Below, piece after piece: positions 37,588 to 47,334 of a DNA stretch of 64,000 nt. The first letter of the stretch is position 1, and the number at the start of each line of letters is the position of its first letter. The position numbers were made by a program, and so were the translations under genes. The notes under the pieces were generated by a model. The model had not been told where the DNA came from and did no database searches. It saw only the letters and a program-made list of their open reading frames with translations. The stretch comes from Escherichia coli (lineage in GTDB: Bacteria; Pseudomonadota; Gammaproteobacteria; Enterobacterales; Enterobacteriaceae), in the NCBI RefSeq assembly GCF_003790525.1, contig NZ_CP033635.1; one strand, given 5' to 3'.

Positions 37588-38808
37588 TTAACCCTGCAAC
37601 AGACGAATCAACAAAGAACCGTTATACATCGCGTCTTTTACTAGCGCAGCCCCTGCCATCGTACCCTGGTTAGAAAATTGAGTACTCTCAACGCTAATGT
37701 GCTGACTATACGCAGGAAGGGCCTGCTGACGGATGCTGTCCGAGATGACCGGGAAGAGGATATCTGCCGCTTTACTTAACGGTGAGCCAATCAGTATTTT
37801 TTGTGGGTTAAATAAATTCACCATGATGGCAAGAATGCGCCCGACATGCGCGCCCACCCCGGTAATGATGTCTTTTGCCAGTAGATCGCCGCGCAATGCC
37901 GCCTGACACAATGAGTCCACGGTTAACGGCTGTCCATGTAACATCGAGCTCATGGATTGATTGAGACGCAGCTGTGCCAGCTCAAGAATACTGTCCACAC
38001 TGGCGATGGTTTCGAGGCAGCCGTGATTCCCGCAATAACAGCGTTTCCCATACGGGTCGACCTGCGTGTGACCTATTTCCACGAGGCTACTGCTGCCGGC
38101 GTGTAGCAGATGACCATCGGTAATGACGCCCGCCCCCACGTTGTGATCGATAACCACCTGAATCACATCGCGCGCCCCGCGTGAGGCACCAAACAAGGCC
38201 TCTGCCATCGTCCATGCGCTGATATCATGCTGGATATAAACCGGTACGCCGGTATGCTGCTCCAGCGCCTCGCCGAGCGGCATCTCTTTTACATCCTCGT
38301 AGAACGGCATGCGATGTACAATGCCATTTTCCGTATCAATAATTCCCGGCAAGGTTATGGCAATCGAAGTTAGACGCTCAAGTTTTTTCTGGTGGCGGAT
38401 AAAAAACTGATCGATATGGGAAATGATACGATCCAGCAATGGTGAGTCATCTTTTAACGCCAGTTCCTGCGCCTCCTCCACCACCAGTTTGCTGCTCAGA
38501 TCGCGCAGAGCAAGGAAAATCTCCCCGCGACTAATGCGCAGAGAAAGATAGTGCCAGGCTTCAGTTTCAACCACCAGCCCCACCGCCGGACGGCCACGGT
38601 TCCCCGCTTCTTTGATTTCCAGCTCTTGCACCAGGTGTGCTTCGAGCATCTCACGGACAATTTTAGTGATACTGGCAGGAGCCAGTTGCGCCAGACGGGA
38701 AAGATCGATACGCGAGACTGGACCAAGCTGATCAATCAGGCGATATACCGCGCCCGCGTTGGTCTGCTTTATTTGATCAATGTGCCCAGGCTGGTTTTCA
38801 GCAACCAC
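37588..38808 (-). CDS. mlc: ROK-family global regulator Mlc (DgsA)
   Basis: 406 aa ROK protein with N-terminal HTH. Confidence 0.9.
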   Translation of the reverse strand: MVAENQPGHIDQIKQTNAGAVYRLIDQLGPVSRIDLSRLAQLAPASITKIVREMLEAHLVQELEIKEAGNRGRPAVGLVVETEAWHYLSLRISRGEIFLALRDLSSKLVVEEAQELALKDDSPLLDRIISHIDQFFIRHQKKLERLTSIAITLPGIIDTENGIVHRMPFYEDVKEMPLGEALEQHTGVPVYIQHDISAWTMAEALFGASRGARDVIQVVIDHNVGAGVITDGHLLHAGSSSLVEIGHTQVDPYGKRCYCGNHGCLETIASVDSILELAQLRLNQSMSSMLHGQPLTVDSLCQAALRGDLLAKDIITGVGAHVGRILAIMVNLFNPQKILIGSPLSKAADILFPVISDSIRQQALPAYSQHISVESTQFSNQGTMAGAALVKDAMYNGSLLIRLLQG

Positions 38809-38942
38809 CGCATACTCCCTATATTTTCGCGCTCCGAAATAATCTGTAGGCTATGGTGAAGCACTTCAATACGTGTCGTCAAATTTTTACTTAGGCATGT
38901 GATTAACAGCACATTTTTCGGGCTTTTTCGCTGAAATTTCCC

Positions 38943-39836
38943 TCACCTGAGAGCATTCAGCAGATGAATACGAAAGTTTCGCGCAGCTGGACTTTGTTCA
39001 TGATGTTTCGGCCAGACCAACCACATTTCAGAAACCGCATCCTCTTCAGCAATCGGCACCCAGCGCATTTCGTTGAGCTGAACACGTTTAAATGACGCAG
39101 GCAAAATTGAAACGCCCAGACCAGCGGAAACCAGACCGATGATGGTCATTGCCTCACCCACCTCCTGAGTGATGACGGGCGTCAAATGGTAACGTCGCAT
39201 CAGTCCGAGAATATCGTCATACAGCCCTGTCCCGACGTGCGGATCAAAAAAGACAAAGGGTTCTTTCGCCAGTTCAGCCAGCGTTACACTCGGGTTATTT
39301 GCCAGGGGATGATCGTGCGGGATCATCGCCATAAGCGGTTCATGGACGATGACTGCGTGTTCAAGCGTCTCCGGTAACGCTGTGTTACGCAGCAATCCCA
39401 TATCCAGCGTTCCTTCAATGAGCGGAGCGATTTGCTCGCGAGTGTTCATTTCGCGGGTTTGTAAATGGACATCGGGATAATCACGGCGAAACAGCGATAA
39501 CGTATCAGACACCGCCCGAATAAAAGGAGCGGACGAAGTAAAACCAATACGCAACTCCCCCGCTTCACCCTGATGCAGTCTTTCAGCGCGAGCGGCAGCG
39601 TCATCCACCATAGACAGGATTTGCCGACTATCTGCAAGAAACTGTTTTCCTGCTGCCGTCAGAAATACACTGCGATTGGTTCGTGCCAGCAGTCGGGCAC
39701 CAATTTGTTGCTCCAGCGCCTGAATCTGCTGGCTTAGCGGCGGTTGCGAAATATTCAGGCGGGCAGCGGCGCGCCCGAAATGCAGCTCTTCTGCAACCGC
39801 AACAAAGTAACGCAGATGACGAAGTTCAATATTCAT
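38943..39836 (-). CDS. ynfL: LysR-family transcriptional regulator YnfL
   Basis: 297 aa, LysR HTH MNIELRHLRYFVAVAEELHFGRAA. Confidence 0.85.
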   Translation of the reverse strand: MNIELRHLRYFVAVAEELHFGRAAARLNISQPPLSQQIQALEQQIGARLLARTNRSVFLTAAGKQFLADSRQILSMVDDAAARAERLHQGEAGELRIGFTSSAPFIRAVSDTLSLFRRDYPDVHLQTREMNTREQIAPLIEGTLDMGLLRNTALPETLEHAVIVHEPLMAMIPHDHPLANNPSVTLAELAKEPFVFFDPHVGTGLYDDILGLMRRYHLTPVITQEVGEAMTIIGLVSAGLGVSILPASFKRVQLNEMRWVPIAEEDAVSEMWLVWPKHHEQSPAARNFRIHLLNALR

Positions 39837-39942
39837 ATTTAAAACATCTTATTTGAGATTATTAATATATTAGACAGAACAATTCGATTTTCCTAATCTA
39901 TCCATAAGCCTGATCCACAGGCATATTTAGCAAGGATTTCAA

Positions 39943-41196
39943 GTGAGCCGTACTACAACTGTTGATGGCGCTCCGGCAAGCGACACTGACAAGCAAAGCA
40001 TTTCTCAGCCAAATCAATTTATTAAACGCGGTACGCCGCAATTTATGCGCGTCACCCTGGCGCTGTTCTCTGCCGGACTGGCAACCTTCGCACTTCTCTA
40101 TTGTGTGCAACCTATCCTTCCGGTGCTTTCGCAGGAGTTTGGCTTAACGCCCGCGAACAGTAGTATTTCACTGTCCATTTCCACGGCGATGTTGGCTATC
40201 GGTTTGCTGTTTACTGGCCCGTTATCCGATGCCATTGGTCGCAAACCAGTGATGGTCACGGCGCTACTGTTGGCCTCCATTTGTACGTTACTTTCGACAA
40301 TGATGACCAGCTGGCACGGCATTTTGATTATGCGCGCCTTGATTGGGCTTTCGTTAAGTGGCGTAGCAGCTGTTGGCATGACTTATCTTAGCGAGGAAAT
40401 CCACCCCAGTTTCGTGGCCTTTTCGATGGGGTTGTATATCAGCGGCAACTCAATTGGCGGCATGAGCGGACGCTTAATTAGCGGTGTCTTCACGGACTTT
40501 TTCAACTGGCGAATTGCGCTGGCGGCAATCGGTTGTGTCGCGCTGGCCTCGGCGTTAATGTTCTGGAAAATCCTCCCTGAATCACGCCATTTTCGCCCGA
40601 CTTCGCTGCGACCTAAGACGTTGTTTATCAACTTTCGTCTGCACTGGCGTGACCGGGGATTACCGTTATTGTTCGCAGAAGGCTTTTTGCTGATGGGGTC
40701 GTTCGTCACGCTGTTTAATTACATCGGCTATCGGTTGATGCTCTCCCCCTGGCATGTCAGTCAGGCTGTGGTTGGCTTATTATCGCTGGCCTATTTGACC
40801 GGTACATGGAGCTCACCCAAAGCCGGAACCATGACCACCCGCTATGGGCGCGGTCCGGTGATGTTGTTTTCGACGGGGGTTATGCTGTTTGGTTTACTGA
40901 TGACCTTATTCAGCTCGCTGTGGCTGATCTTTGCCGGAATGTTACTCTTCTCAGCCGGATTCTTCGCAGCCCACTCCGTTGCCAGCAGCTGGATCGGCCC
41001 CCGCGCAAAACGCGCTAAAGGCCAGGCCTCCTCGCTGTATCTGTTCAGTTACTATCTGGGGTCGAGTATTGCCGGGACGCTGGGTGGTGTTTTCTGGCAT
41101 AACTATGGCTGGAACGGCGTCGGCGCATTTATTGCTCTGATGCTGGTCATTGCTCTGCTGGTCGGGACGCGTTTGCATCATCGTCTGCACGCCTGA
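39943..41196 (+). CDS. ynfM: MFS transporter YnfM
   Basis: 417 aa MFS, divergent from ynfL. Confidence 0.85.
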   Translation: MSRTTTVDGAPASDTDKQSISQPNQFIKRGTPQFMRVTLALFSAGLATFALLYCVQPILPVLSQEFGLTPANSSISLSISTAMLAIGLLFTGPLSDAIGRKPVMVTALLLASICTLLSTMMTSWHGILIMRALIGLSLSGVAAVGMTYLSEEIHPSFVAFSMGLYISGNSIGGMSGRLISGVFTDFFNWRIALAAIGCVALASALMFWKILPESRHFRPTSLRPKTLFINFRLHWRDRGLPLLFAEGFLLMGSFVTLFNYIGYRLMLSPWHVSQAVVGLLSLAYLTGTWSSPKAGTMTTRYGRGPVMLFSTGVMLFGLLMTLFSSLWLIFAGMLLFSAGFFAAHSVASSWIGPRAKRAKGQASSLYLFSYYLGSSIAGTLGGVFWHNYGWNGVGAFIALMLVIALLVGTRLHHRLHA

Positions 41197-41620
41197 AAAA
41201 ATAAGTCCGGACTGAGGTAAATACCCGTCCGGACTTATTGCCTGCTCAAACCAACGTTAATAGCCATCCTAAAATAGACGAAGCGCCAGCCAATTCCCGC
41301 AGCGCATCTAGCGTCATCAGGATTATAAGTACCCAAATAAACGGATTCATTTTGCTGTGTGTCATTTATTACTGATGCGCAGTTATTCTACCGCTTTGTG
41401 GGTAGTAAAATAGTTAACCCGATCAAGACTACTATTATTGGTAGCTAAATTTCCCTTAAGTCACAATACGTTATTATCAACGCTGTAATTTATTCAGCGT
41501 TTGTACATATCGTTACACGCTGAAACCAACCACTCACGGAAGTCTGCCATTCCCAGGGATATAGTTATTTCAACGGCCCCGCAGTGGGGTTAAATGAAAA
41601 AACAAATTGAGGGTATGACA

Positions 41621-41929
41621 ATGAAAAAAGTATTAGCTCTGGTTGTTGCCGCTGCTATGGGTCTGTCTTCTGCCGCCTTTGCTGCAGAAACTGCGACCAC
41701 ACCTGCTCCGACTGCGACGACCACCAAAGCAGCGCCGGCGAAAACTACACATCATAAAAAACAGCATAAAGCAGCACCTGCCCAGAAAGCGCAGGCGGCT
41801 AAAAAGCATCATAAAAATGCGAAAGCTGAACAGAAAGCTCCTGAACAAAAAGCGCAGGCAGCGAAGAAACACGCCAAGAAACACAGCCATCAGCAACCGG
41901 CAAAACCTGCTGCACAACCCGCAGCGTAA
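41621..41929 (+). CDS. asr: acid shock protein Asr (Lys/Ala/His-rich periplasmic protein)
   Basis: 102 aa from [21 protein letters not shown] with KKHxK repeats. Confidence 0.88.
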   Translation: MKKVLALVVAAAMGLSSAAFAAETATTPAPTATTTKAAPAKTTHHKKQHKAAPAQKAQAAKKHHKNAKAEQKAPEQKAQAAKKHAKKHSHQQPAKPAAQPAA

Positions 41930-42021
41930 GTTTTCAACAGTAATGCTGGCGCGCCCCCTCGCGCCTGAAAATTACGGTGCTAAGCGGTTAACGTTTAGCA
42001 CCGCCTTTAGCGGAGGGTAGT

Positions 42022-42105
42022 ATGGTGGGCCGTTATCGCTTTGAGTTCATTCTTATCATCCTTATTTTATGCGCACTGATTGCCGCCCGTTTTTATCTTT
42101 CCTGA
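42022..42105 (+). CDS. ydgU: small membrane protein YdgU (27 aa)
   Basis: MVGRYRFEFILIILILCALIAARFYLS, single TM helix. Confidence 0.5.
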   Translation: MVGRYRFEFILIILILCALIAARFYLS

Positions 42106-42204
42106 TCGTAGTTATCTGATTTTACTCCCACTTTCATCCCGTCCCGTCTATAGTATTTATGAGGGTTTGCTTTTAATAATCATAATTACCCACCAGAGTG
42201 TGAT

Positions 42205-43026
42205 ATGCGTACAACCATTGCTGTAGTGTTGGGTGCAATTAGTTTGACGTCTGCTTTTGTGTTTGCAGATAAACCAGACGTTGCCAAATCGGCAAACGAT
42301 GAGGTCAGCACCCTGTTTTTTGGTCATGATGATCGTGTGCCAGTAAATGACACGACCCAATCACCGTGGGATGCGGTTGGGCAACTGGAAACGGCCAGCG
42401 GCAATTTATGTACGGCTACGCTGATTGCACCCAATCTGGCATTAACGGCAGGACACTGTTTATTGACGCCGCCAAAGGGTAAAGCCGATAAAGCGGTAGC
42501 GCTGCGTTTCGTGTCAAATAAAGGTCTTTGGCGCTATGAGATCCACGACATAGAAGGCCGCGTTGACCCGACACTAGGAAAGCGGTTAAAAGCAGATGGG
42601 GATGGCTGGATTGTACCTCCCGCAGCTGCGCCGTGGGACTTCGGTTTGATTGTGCTACGTAATCCCCCTTCTGGCATTACACCGTTGCCGTTATTTGAGG
42701 GAGATAAAGCCGCGCTTACCGCCGCATTAAAAGCAGCTGGTCGTAAAGTGACTCAGGCGGGCTACCCTGAAGATCATCTCGATACGTTGTACAGTCATCA
42801 AAACTGTGAAGTGACTGGCTGGGCGCAAACGTCGGTGATGTCGCATCAGTGCGATACCTTGCCGGGAGACAGCGGTTCGCCTCTGATGTTGCATACCGAT
42901 GACGGCTGGCAATTAATTGGGGTACAAAGCTCGGCTCCTGCCGCGAAAGATCGCTGGCGCGCCGATAACCGGGCCATTTCTGTTACCGGTATTCGCGACA
43001 AGCTGGATCAACTGTCGCAAAAATAA
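42205..43026 (+). CDS. ydgD: secreted trypsin-like serine protease YdgD
   Basis: 273 aa, signal peptide, TAGHC and GDSGSP motifs. Confidence 0.85.
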   Translation: MRTTIAVVLGAISLTSAFVFADKPDVAKSANDEVSTLFFGHDDRVPVNDTTQSPWDAVGQLETASGNLCTATLIAPNLALTAGHCLLTPPKGKADKAVALRFVSNKGLWRYEIHDIEGRVDPTLGKRLKADGDGWIVPPAAAPWDFGLIVLRNPPSGITPLPLFEGDKAALTAALKAAGRKVTQAGYPEDHLDTLYSHQNCEVTGWAQTSVMSHQCDTLPGDSGSPLMLHTDDGWQLIGVQSSAPAAKDRWRADNRAISVTGIRDKLDQLSQK

Positions 43027-43064
43027 TGTTCAAACGCTGCCCGACAGTGCGGGCAGCGTGTTCA

Positions 43065-43394
43065 TCAGGCAAGTTTCACCATGATCATTCCAGCCAACAG
43101 CAAGACCAGGCCAATCCAGCCTTTACGATTTAACCGTTGACCAAACAAGATCCAACCTGCGGCTAACGTGGCGGCAATACCAAACCCGCCCCACAATGCA
43201 TAAGCGACAGACAAGTCGATCCCTTTAACGGCCTGAGAAAGCGCACTAAAGGCAGCCAGCACCGCCGCCAGGGAGAGCAAGCCAAATATTTTGCGACGAA
43301 AGCCGTCAGAAAATTTCAAAAAGACGTTAGCAACGATTTCCAGCACGATTGCCAATGCCAGCCAGGCGGCGTGAACCCATTCAAACTGCGCCAT
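43065..43394 (-). CDS. mdtI: SMR-family spermidine exporter subunit MdtI
   Basis: 109 aa 4-TM SMR protein. Confidence 0.88.
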
Positions 43395-43746
43395 GGTTCA
43401 CCTCCAGTTCAGGTTTACGCGCTTTACGAGTACCTGATTTGATCAACACAATCCCGGCGACCAGGGTGGTTAACCCGGCAATTTTCATCAGCGATAAACT
43501 TTCGTCGAATAACAAAACGCTAAACAAGGTAATAAATAAAATACCGATACCTTCCCACAGCGCATAAGCCACGCCTAAGGCGATCTTTTTAACGGCGAAA
43601 GAGAGAAATATATACGACAGAGAAATCATCACCAGCATTAAAATAAAGCCGCCATTTCCCTCACTGACGCTCGCCCATTTCATAGACAGCGTACCGGTAA
43701 TTTCTGTAGCAATAGCCAGACCTAATAAAATCCAATAAATATACAT
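43381..43746 (-). CDS. mdtJ: SMR-family spermidine exporter subunit MdtJ
   Basis: 121 aa 4-TM SMR protein overlapping mdtI. Confidence 0.88.
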
Positions 43747-44157
43747 TGTCCTTCTCCTGCAAGAGAATTATTTTAATTTTCGCTTAATTCAGCGAAACCA
43801 AAGTAAAGTGGTCAAGCCCCGCGCATAGCGCAAGCTTAAGCAGGAGAAAGGACTAAAGCGCGTTGCGCCAGTGCTGCTCACCTACGAGCAAGATAGTGGA
43901 TGAGGTACGAAGATGGGTAAATGTAGAAAATAACGTCCTGAACAAATTGTCCATAATATTACAATTATCCGCAGTGTTGCTTCTCGTCATCGCGGATGAT
44001 AATTGTCCTCGGTAGTTGAACACGCCTGATTTGTATCATAGCTTAAGAATTAACTCAAAATATTTTCACTTCTTTACCTGAGCGGTTTGATTTTCGTTAT
44101 GATGACGGAGCGAAAAAGACATTATTATTAGCAAAGGAAGAAAAAACGGGGACAAGC

Positions 44158-44322
44158 ATGGCAAAGCCGATCATCACGCTCAATGGCCTAAAAATCGTCA
44201 TTATGTTGGGAATGCTGGTCATTATTCTCTGCGGTATCCGTTTTGCCGCCGAGATCATCGTGCCGTTTATTCTCGCATTATTTATTGCTGTTATATATAA
44301 CTTATTTCGCTTAACTAATTGA
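44158..44322 (+). pseudogene. tqsA: tqsA 5' fragment (first ~45 codons, then foreign tail and stop) cut by the inserted element
   Basis: [45 protein letters not shown] then IYNLFRLTN*; the rest of the gene resumes at 55720. Confidence 0.85.
44286..44294 (+). repeat. left copy of 9-bp junction direct repeat TGCTGTTAT (candidate att core/overlap)
   Basis: identical 9-mer at 55720-55728; flanking bases differ on both sides. Confidence 0.6.
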
Positions 44323-44365
44323 TTTAATTAAATAATTTGCACTACAAAAAGTGCCAAAAATCGCA

Positions 44366-44391
44366 AATTAACTACACCATTAACTACACCG
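44366..44391 (+). repeat. left copy of 26-bp direct repeat AATTAACTACACCATTAACTACACCG (tandem 12-mer; candidate integrase arm-type sites)
   Basis: exact copy at 55567-55592; followed in both copies by a related ACAACGTG(G/A)AACAA motif. Confidence 0.6.
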
Positions 44392-45466
44392 TTCGGCGCA
44401 CTGTATGAAACAACGTGGAACAAATAGACACAAGCGGCAGGCTATACCGTTATCATTTTTCAGCTATCCGTCATGAAGCTGGTGGATGATCACGGATAAC
44501 CAGGCATCTACAGCGCCTTAAAAAGCTGAACCCGACAAACATTTCTGCTTATCGGGTCCGATCGCTCTTTCTACTCGTGGCAGATGAGTTTACTAGGAAG
44601 GGGGGAACATTGTATCAGGCTATCCCCTTTCTGTGCTGATTCGGCTGGTGAATGATCTACTTGGGGCACTACACTTTTCGGATAGTGCGGGTATCCGGTT
44701 TTCTGCCTCATCGAATTTTAAGCCTTCTGACGGCCTGTATATCATTTCCTGTGGAGTTGCCGCCCTGATAGCGAATACTGCGGCAGCATGTGATTTACCC
44801 CCCGTTCTGTTGATGTTTGATGTGGCTGGTTGATGTGCTGCCATGTTTTCCGCCAATGGTGGAAAAGCCCACCAGCGCAACGCAGGACGCATAAAACCAT
44901 TGCGATGACTCTGGACGCAAAACCACGTTTAACGATGTTTTGCACTGAACCAGAATACTGTTCGTTTTTGTCTCGATGTCCGTACGTATTACGTCCGCAC
45001 CTAATCCGGCATCATGCCCACCAGCGTAACGCATTTTTTTAATTTCGTGGCTGTGCGTCCACCAGCTACGCCGGAATGGGGTATTCCGTTTCAACGGAAC
45101 AGGTATGACGAACATAATCGCACCTTCTCCCGAAAACGGTGCGACCTGCATCATCGAAATGGTGATTCAGCTACTCGGCGATTTTCACCATTCAGAATCT
45201 GGCGGGTGAGTTATCCAGCTTCCACCAATGGGGGATTCTGGAACAATCAACGGGTTACGCCTTATCAGCAAAAAAGCACATCAACTGTAAAGGAAATCGT
45301 TATGGTTGCTGGTGGGCTGCGTCACCATCATGGTGATGATGCTGTCCAGTCAGCCGGAACGGTTGAACAGGGTGGCTATGGGTCACTCTGTTGTGCGTTA
45401 TTTGCGTGATCCTGGTACGGGGTGACTATCTTTCAGATAGTCGGTTGCCTGGTTACACGAAAAAAT

Positions 45467-45769
45467 TTACTTCCTGCGTTTATCCTGCTTTGTATGCCCG
45501 TGCTGAATGCCCCGCAGTGGATCTTCTTTTTTCAGGTCGATCCCCATGTCCGTTAGTGTTTTTGTGGCGGCGGTTCTTATGGCACAAATCAGGTCTCTTT
45601 CCGGTTCCCGGGTTATGGTTGCCTTCCGGATGCATGCCGTTCGTCGTTCCGTTACATACTGACGCGCTTCATCACTTGCCGCCTGTTTCAGTAACTCACC
45701 CCAGCGATTAGCCGCCCGTCGCCATAAACCTTTCGCTTCCAGTTCTTCCGCTTTGTCATCATGCACCAT
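45467..45769 (-). CDS. ANR-like small regulator, paralog 2 (start at MVHDD.. assumed)
   Basis: MVHDDKAEELEAKGLWRRAANRWGELL... parallels the protein at 49352-49624. Confidence 0.55.
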   Translation of the reverse strand: MVHDDKAEELEAKGLWRRAANRWGELLKQAASDEARQYVTERRTACIRKATITREPERDLICAIRTAATKTLTDMGIDLKKEDPLRGIQHGHTKQDKRRK

Positions 45770-45883
45770 AAGCATAATCCCATTGATACCTGTTAACTCT
45801 GAATGGTTGGTTTCTGTTCTTTTGATAATTTCCCGCATAGCTTATTGTATGACAGTACTGTCCCACAATAAGGAGTTGCACGC

Positions 45884-46174
45884 ATGAGAATGACTAGGCA
45901 CAAAAAACAGATTCTTGAACTCTACAAACCTGAGTATCGCGATTGGGTGCGGGTGGAGGCCGGAGATCCGCCTTTTGATGTTCGTGGTGTGACAGTGCTG
46001 CTCTATGGTTCCGAATATCGGCGATATCACATAGAGGCAACACGAAGGACGCTAAACGCTATGGTTCGTGATAAGTTGCTGGAGCGTGTGAAAGTCCGTG
46101 AGCCACGTTTTGATGTGCGTATTGGTGGCGATGGTGCGCATTGCACGGTAATCCGCTATGGCCTGGTAAGGTAA
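45884..46174 (+). CDS. hypothetical protein (96 aa), divergent from the ANR-like gene
   Basis: ORF with upstream AGGAG-like RBS; no recognisable family. Confidence 0.4.
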   Translation: MRMTRHKKQILELYKPEYRDWVRVEAGDPPFDVRGVTVLLYGSEYRRYHIEATRRTLNAMVRDKLLERVKVREPRFDVRIGGDGAHCTVIRYGLVR

Positions 46175-46276
46175 GCCATCGGGTAAATCAGATGATTAAA
46201 TCACCAGAATGTAAATTTACATTCTGCCAGCCACCAGCTACCCTCCTCAAAATTGAGGACCCTTTTTATCAACTGG

Positions 46277-46558
46277 TTACCGCCGCAACCGTTCCGGCTT
46301 CTTCCACTGATAAGTGTTTTTCGCGCTCTCCTGATACATCGCCACGCGTCGACGGTATGCCAGCAACTCTAGTACTCTGATTCGTATGTCGCGCATATCC
46401 ACGCCGTTAAGCTCAATACCATCACGGCGCATTACATCAGCAACAACACGCACATAATTTTCGGCGGTCACGCTGTCCGGCTGCGTGGCCTGTTCGTCAT
46501 GCTGCTGGCTGATTCCGGTAACGCGGCGGATTAATCCCAGTAGTTCGACTTCTGTCAT
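46277..46558 (-). CDS. hypothetical protein (93 aa) adjacent to cos copy A; start taken at internal Met
   Basis: MTEVELLGLIRRVTGI...; the longer ORF 46277..46756 would read through the cos site and is judged an artefact. Confidence 0.4.
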   Translation of the reverse strand: MTEVELLGLIRRVTGISQQHDEQATQPDSVTAENYVRVVADVMRRDGIELNGVDMRDIRIRVLELLAYRRRVAMYQESAKNTYQWKKPERLRR

Positions 46559-46570
46559 TGTGCCCCCATC

Positions 46571-46648
46571 GCTCTGATAGTCTGGTGTCGTCGGGTCCTT
46601 TCCGGCATGTGGACCCGTTACGGGGCGTCGACCTCGCGCGTTTTCACT
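46571..46648 (+). other. lambda-like cos site copy A (cosQ-cosN-left-arm homology); cosN-like 12-mer GGGCGTCGACCT at 46602-46613
   Basis: GGGTCCTTTCCGG...GTTACG GGGCGTCGACCT CGCGCGTTTTCACTATTTATGAAAATTTTTCGG closely matches the recalled lambda cos junction (lambda cosN GGGCGGCGACCT). Confidence 0.75.
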
Positions 46649-46664
46649 ATTTATGAAAATTTTT

Positions 46665-46775
46665 CGGGATCCATGTCCGGTTTCTCTGCAAGTTAACCAT
46701 ATGAAAAATATAAAAACATGCTTTCCATGAACCGGACATGCGCAAAAAACAGACACTAAAACCGGACATCGAACC
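46665..46775. repeat. three CCGGACAT motifs in alternating orientation next to cos copy A (candidate cosB-like terminase-docking sites)
   Basis: ATGTCCGG near 46671, CCGGACATG near 46729, CCGGACATC near 46763. Confidence 0.45.
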
Positions 46776-46837
46776 AGTTAACCGAAAGTGTGCACAAATC
46801 ACATTCATTGCTGCGAGTGATTAACAAGTTATCGGCT

Positions 46838-47272
46838 TTACTGTTCTGTATCGGCTGATTGCTCCATGCTGGCACGGCGAACGCTTACGGCATGACGCCA
46901 CCCAGCCAGAAAGCCAGCCATTTTATTTCGTGCCTTGCTCACATCTTCCGGTGAATAGCCGTAAATATGCAAACCTTCATCAAATCGATGTTCTGTTTCT
47001 TCACTGGAGTACTCGTCACGCTCAGATGAAAGCAGCCTCGCAAACATAATTTTTTCCAGCGCACTGGTTTCTACGTGATATCCGATGGTCTGAAGATGGC
47101 TTTTACCTGAATACCAAAGCAATGTATGCCCGATGTGATAACCGCCAGACTTTCCGCGATCCGCATTAAGATACGGCATCCCCTGTTTGGTCCATGCGCG
47201 AATAGTGGTTCTGTTAACCTTGAAATGTTCAGCTATTTCCTGCTGACTTACAAAACAAGCTTTATCAATCAT
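46838..47272 (-). CDS. Nu1-like small terminase-type DNA-binding protein (wHTH N-terminus, divergent C-terminus); possibly a packaging-redirection factor
   Basis: VSQQEIAEHFKVNRTTIRAWTKQGMPYL aligns with lambda Nu1 VNKKQLADIFGASIRTIQNWQEQGMPVL; 144 aa versus 181 aa for Nu1. Confidence 0.65.
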   Translation of the reverse strand: MIDKACFVSQQEIAEHFKVNRTTIRAWTKQGMPYLNADRGKSGGYHIGHTLLWYSGKSHLQTIGYHVETSALEKIMFARLLSSERDEYSSEETEHRFDEGLHIYGYSPEDVSKARNKMAGFLAGWRHAVSVRRASMEQSADTEQ

Positions 47273-47334
47273 AATGTTACCTTAACTGCATGGTTAAATA
47301 TCAATCAAGTGGTGGTGGTGTCACCTTCACGGAA

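Noticed and set aside
41633-42020. ORFs antisense to or overlapping asr in other frames
   Set aside because: asr is a repetitive Lys/Ala/His-rich gene; the alternative frames give Arg/Leu/Phe-rich low-complexity products typical of repeat artefacts.
44366-44391. 26-bp direct repeat as the att core itself
   Set aside because: Sequence outside the repeats on both sides is still foreign to tqsA; the tqsA frame breaks at 44294 and resumes at 55720, so the repeats lie inside the element and are better explained as arm-type sites.
46277-46756. 159-aa version of the ORF next to cos copy A
   Set aside because: The N-terminal 66 codons read straight through the cos site and the CCGGACAT repeats; the same cos sequence gives a similar peptide on the other strand at copy B (ORF 47126..47521), so this is repeat DNA translated in an open frame. 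Only the C-terminal 93 codons from the internal Met are kept as a low-confidence gene.
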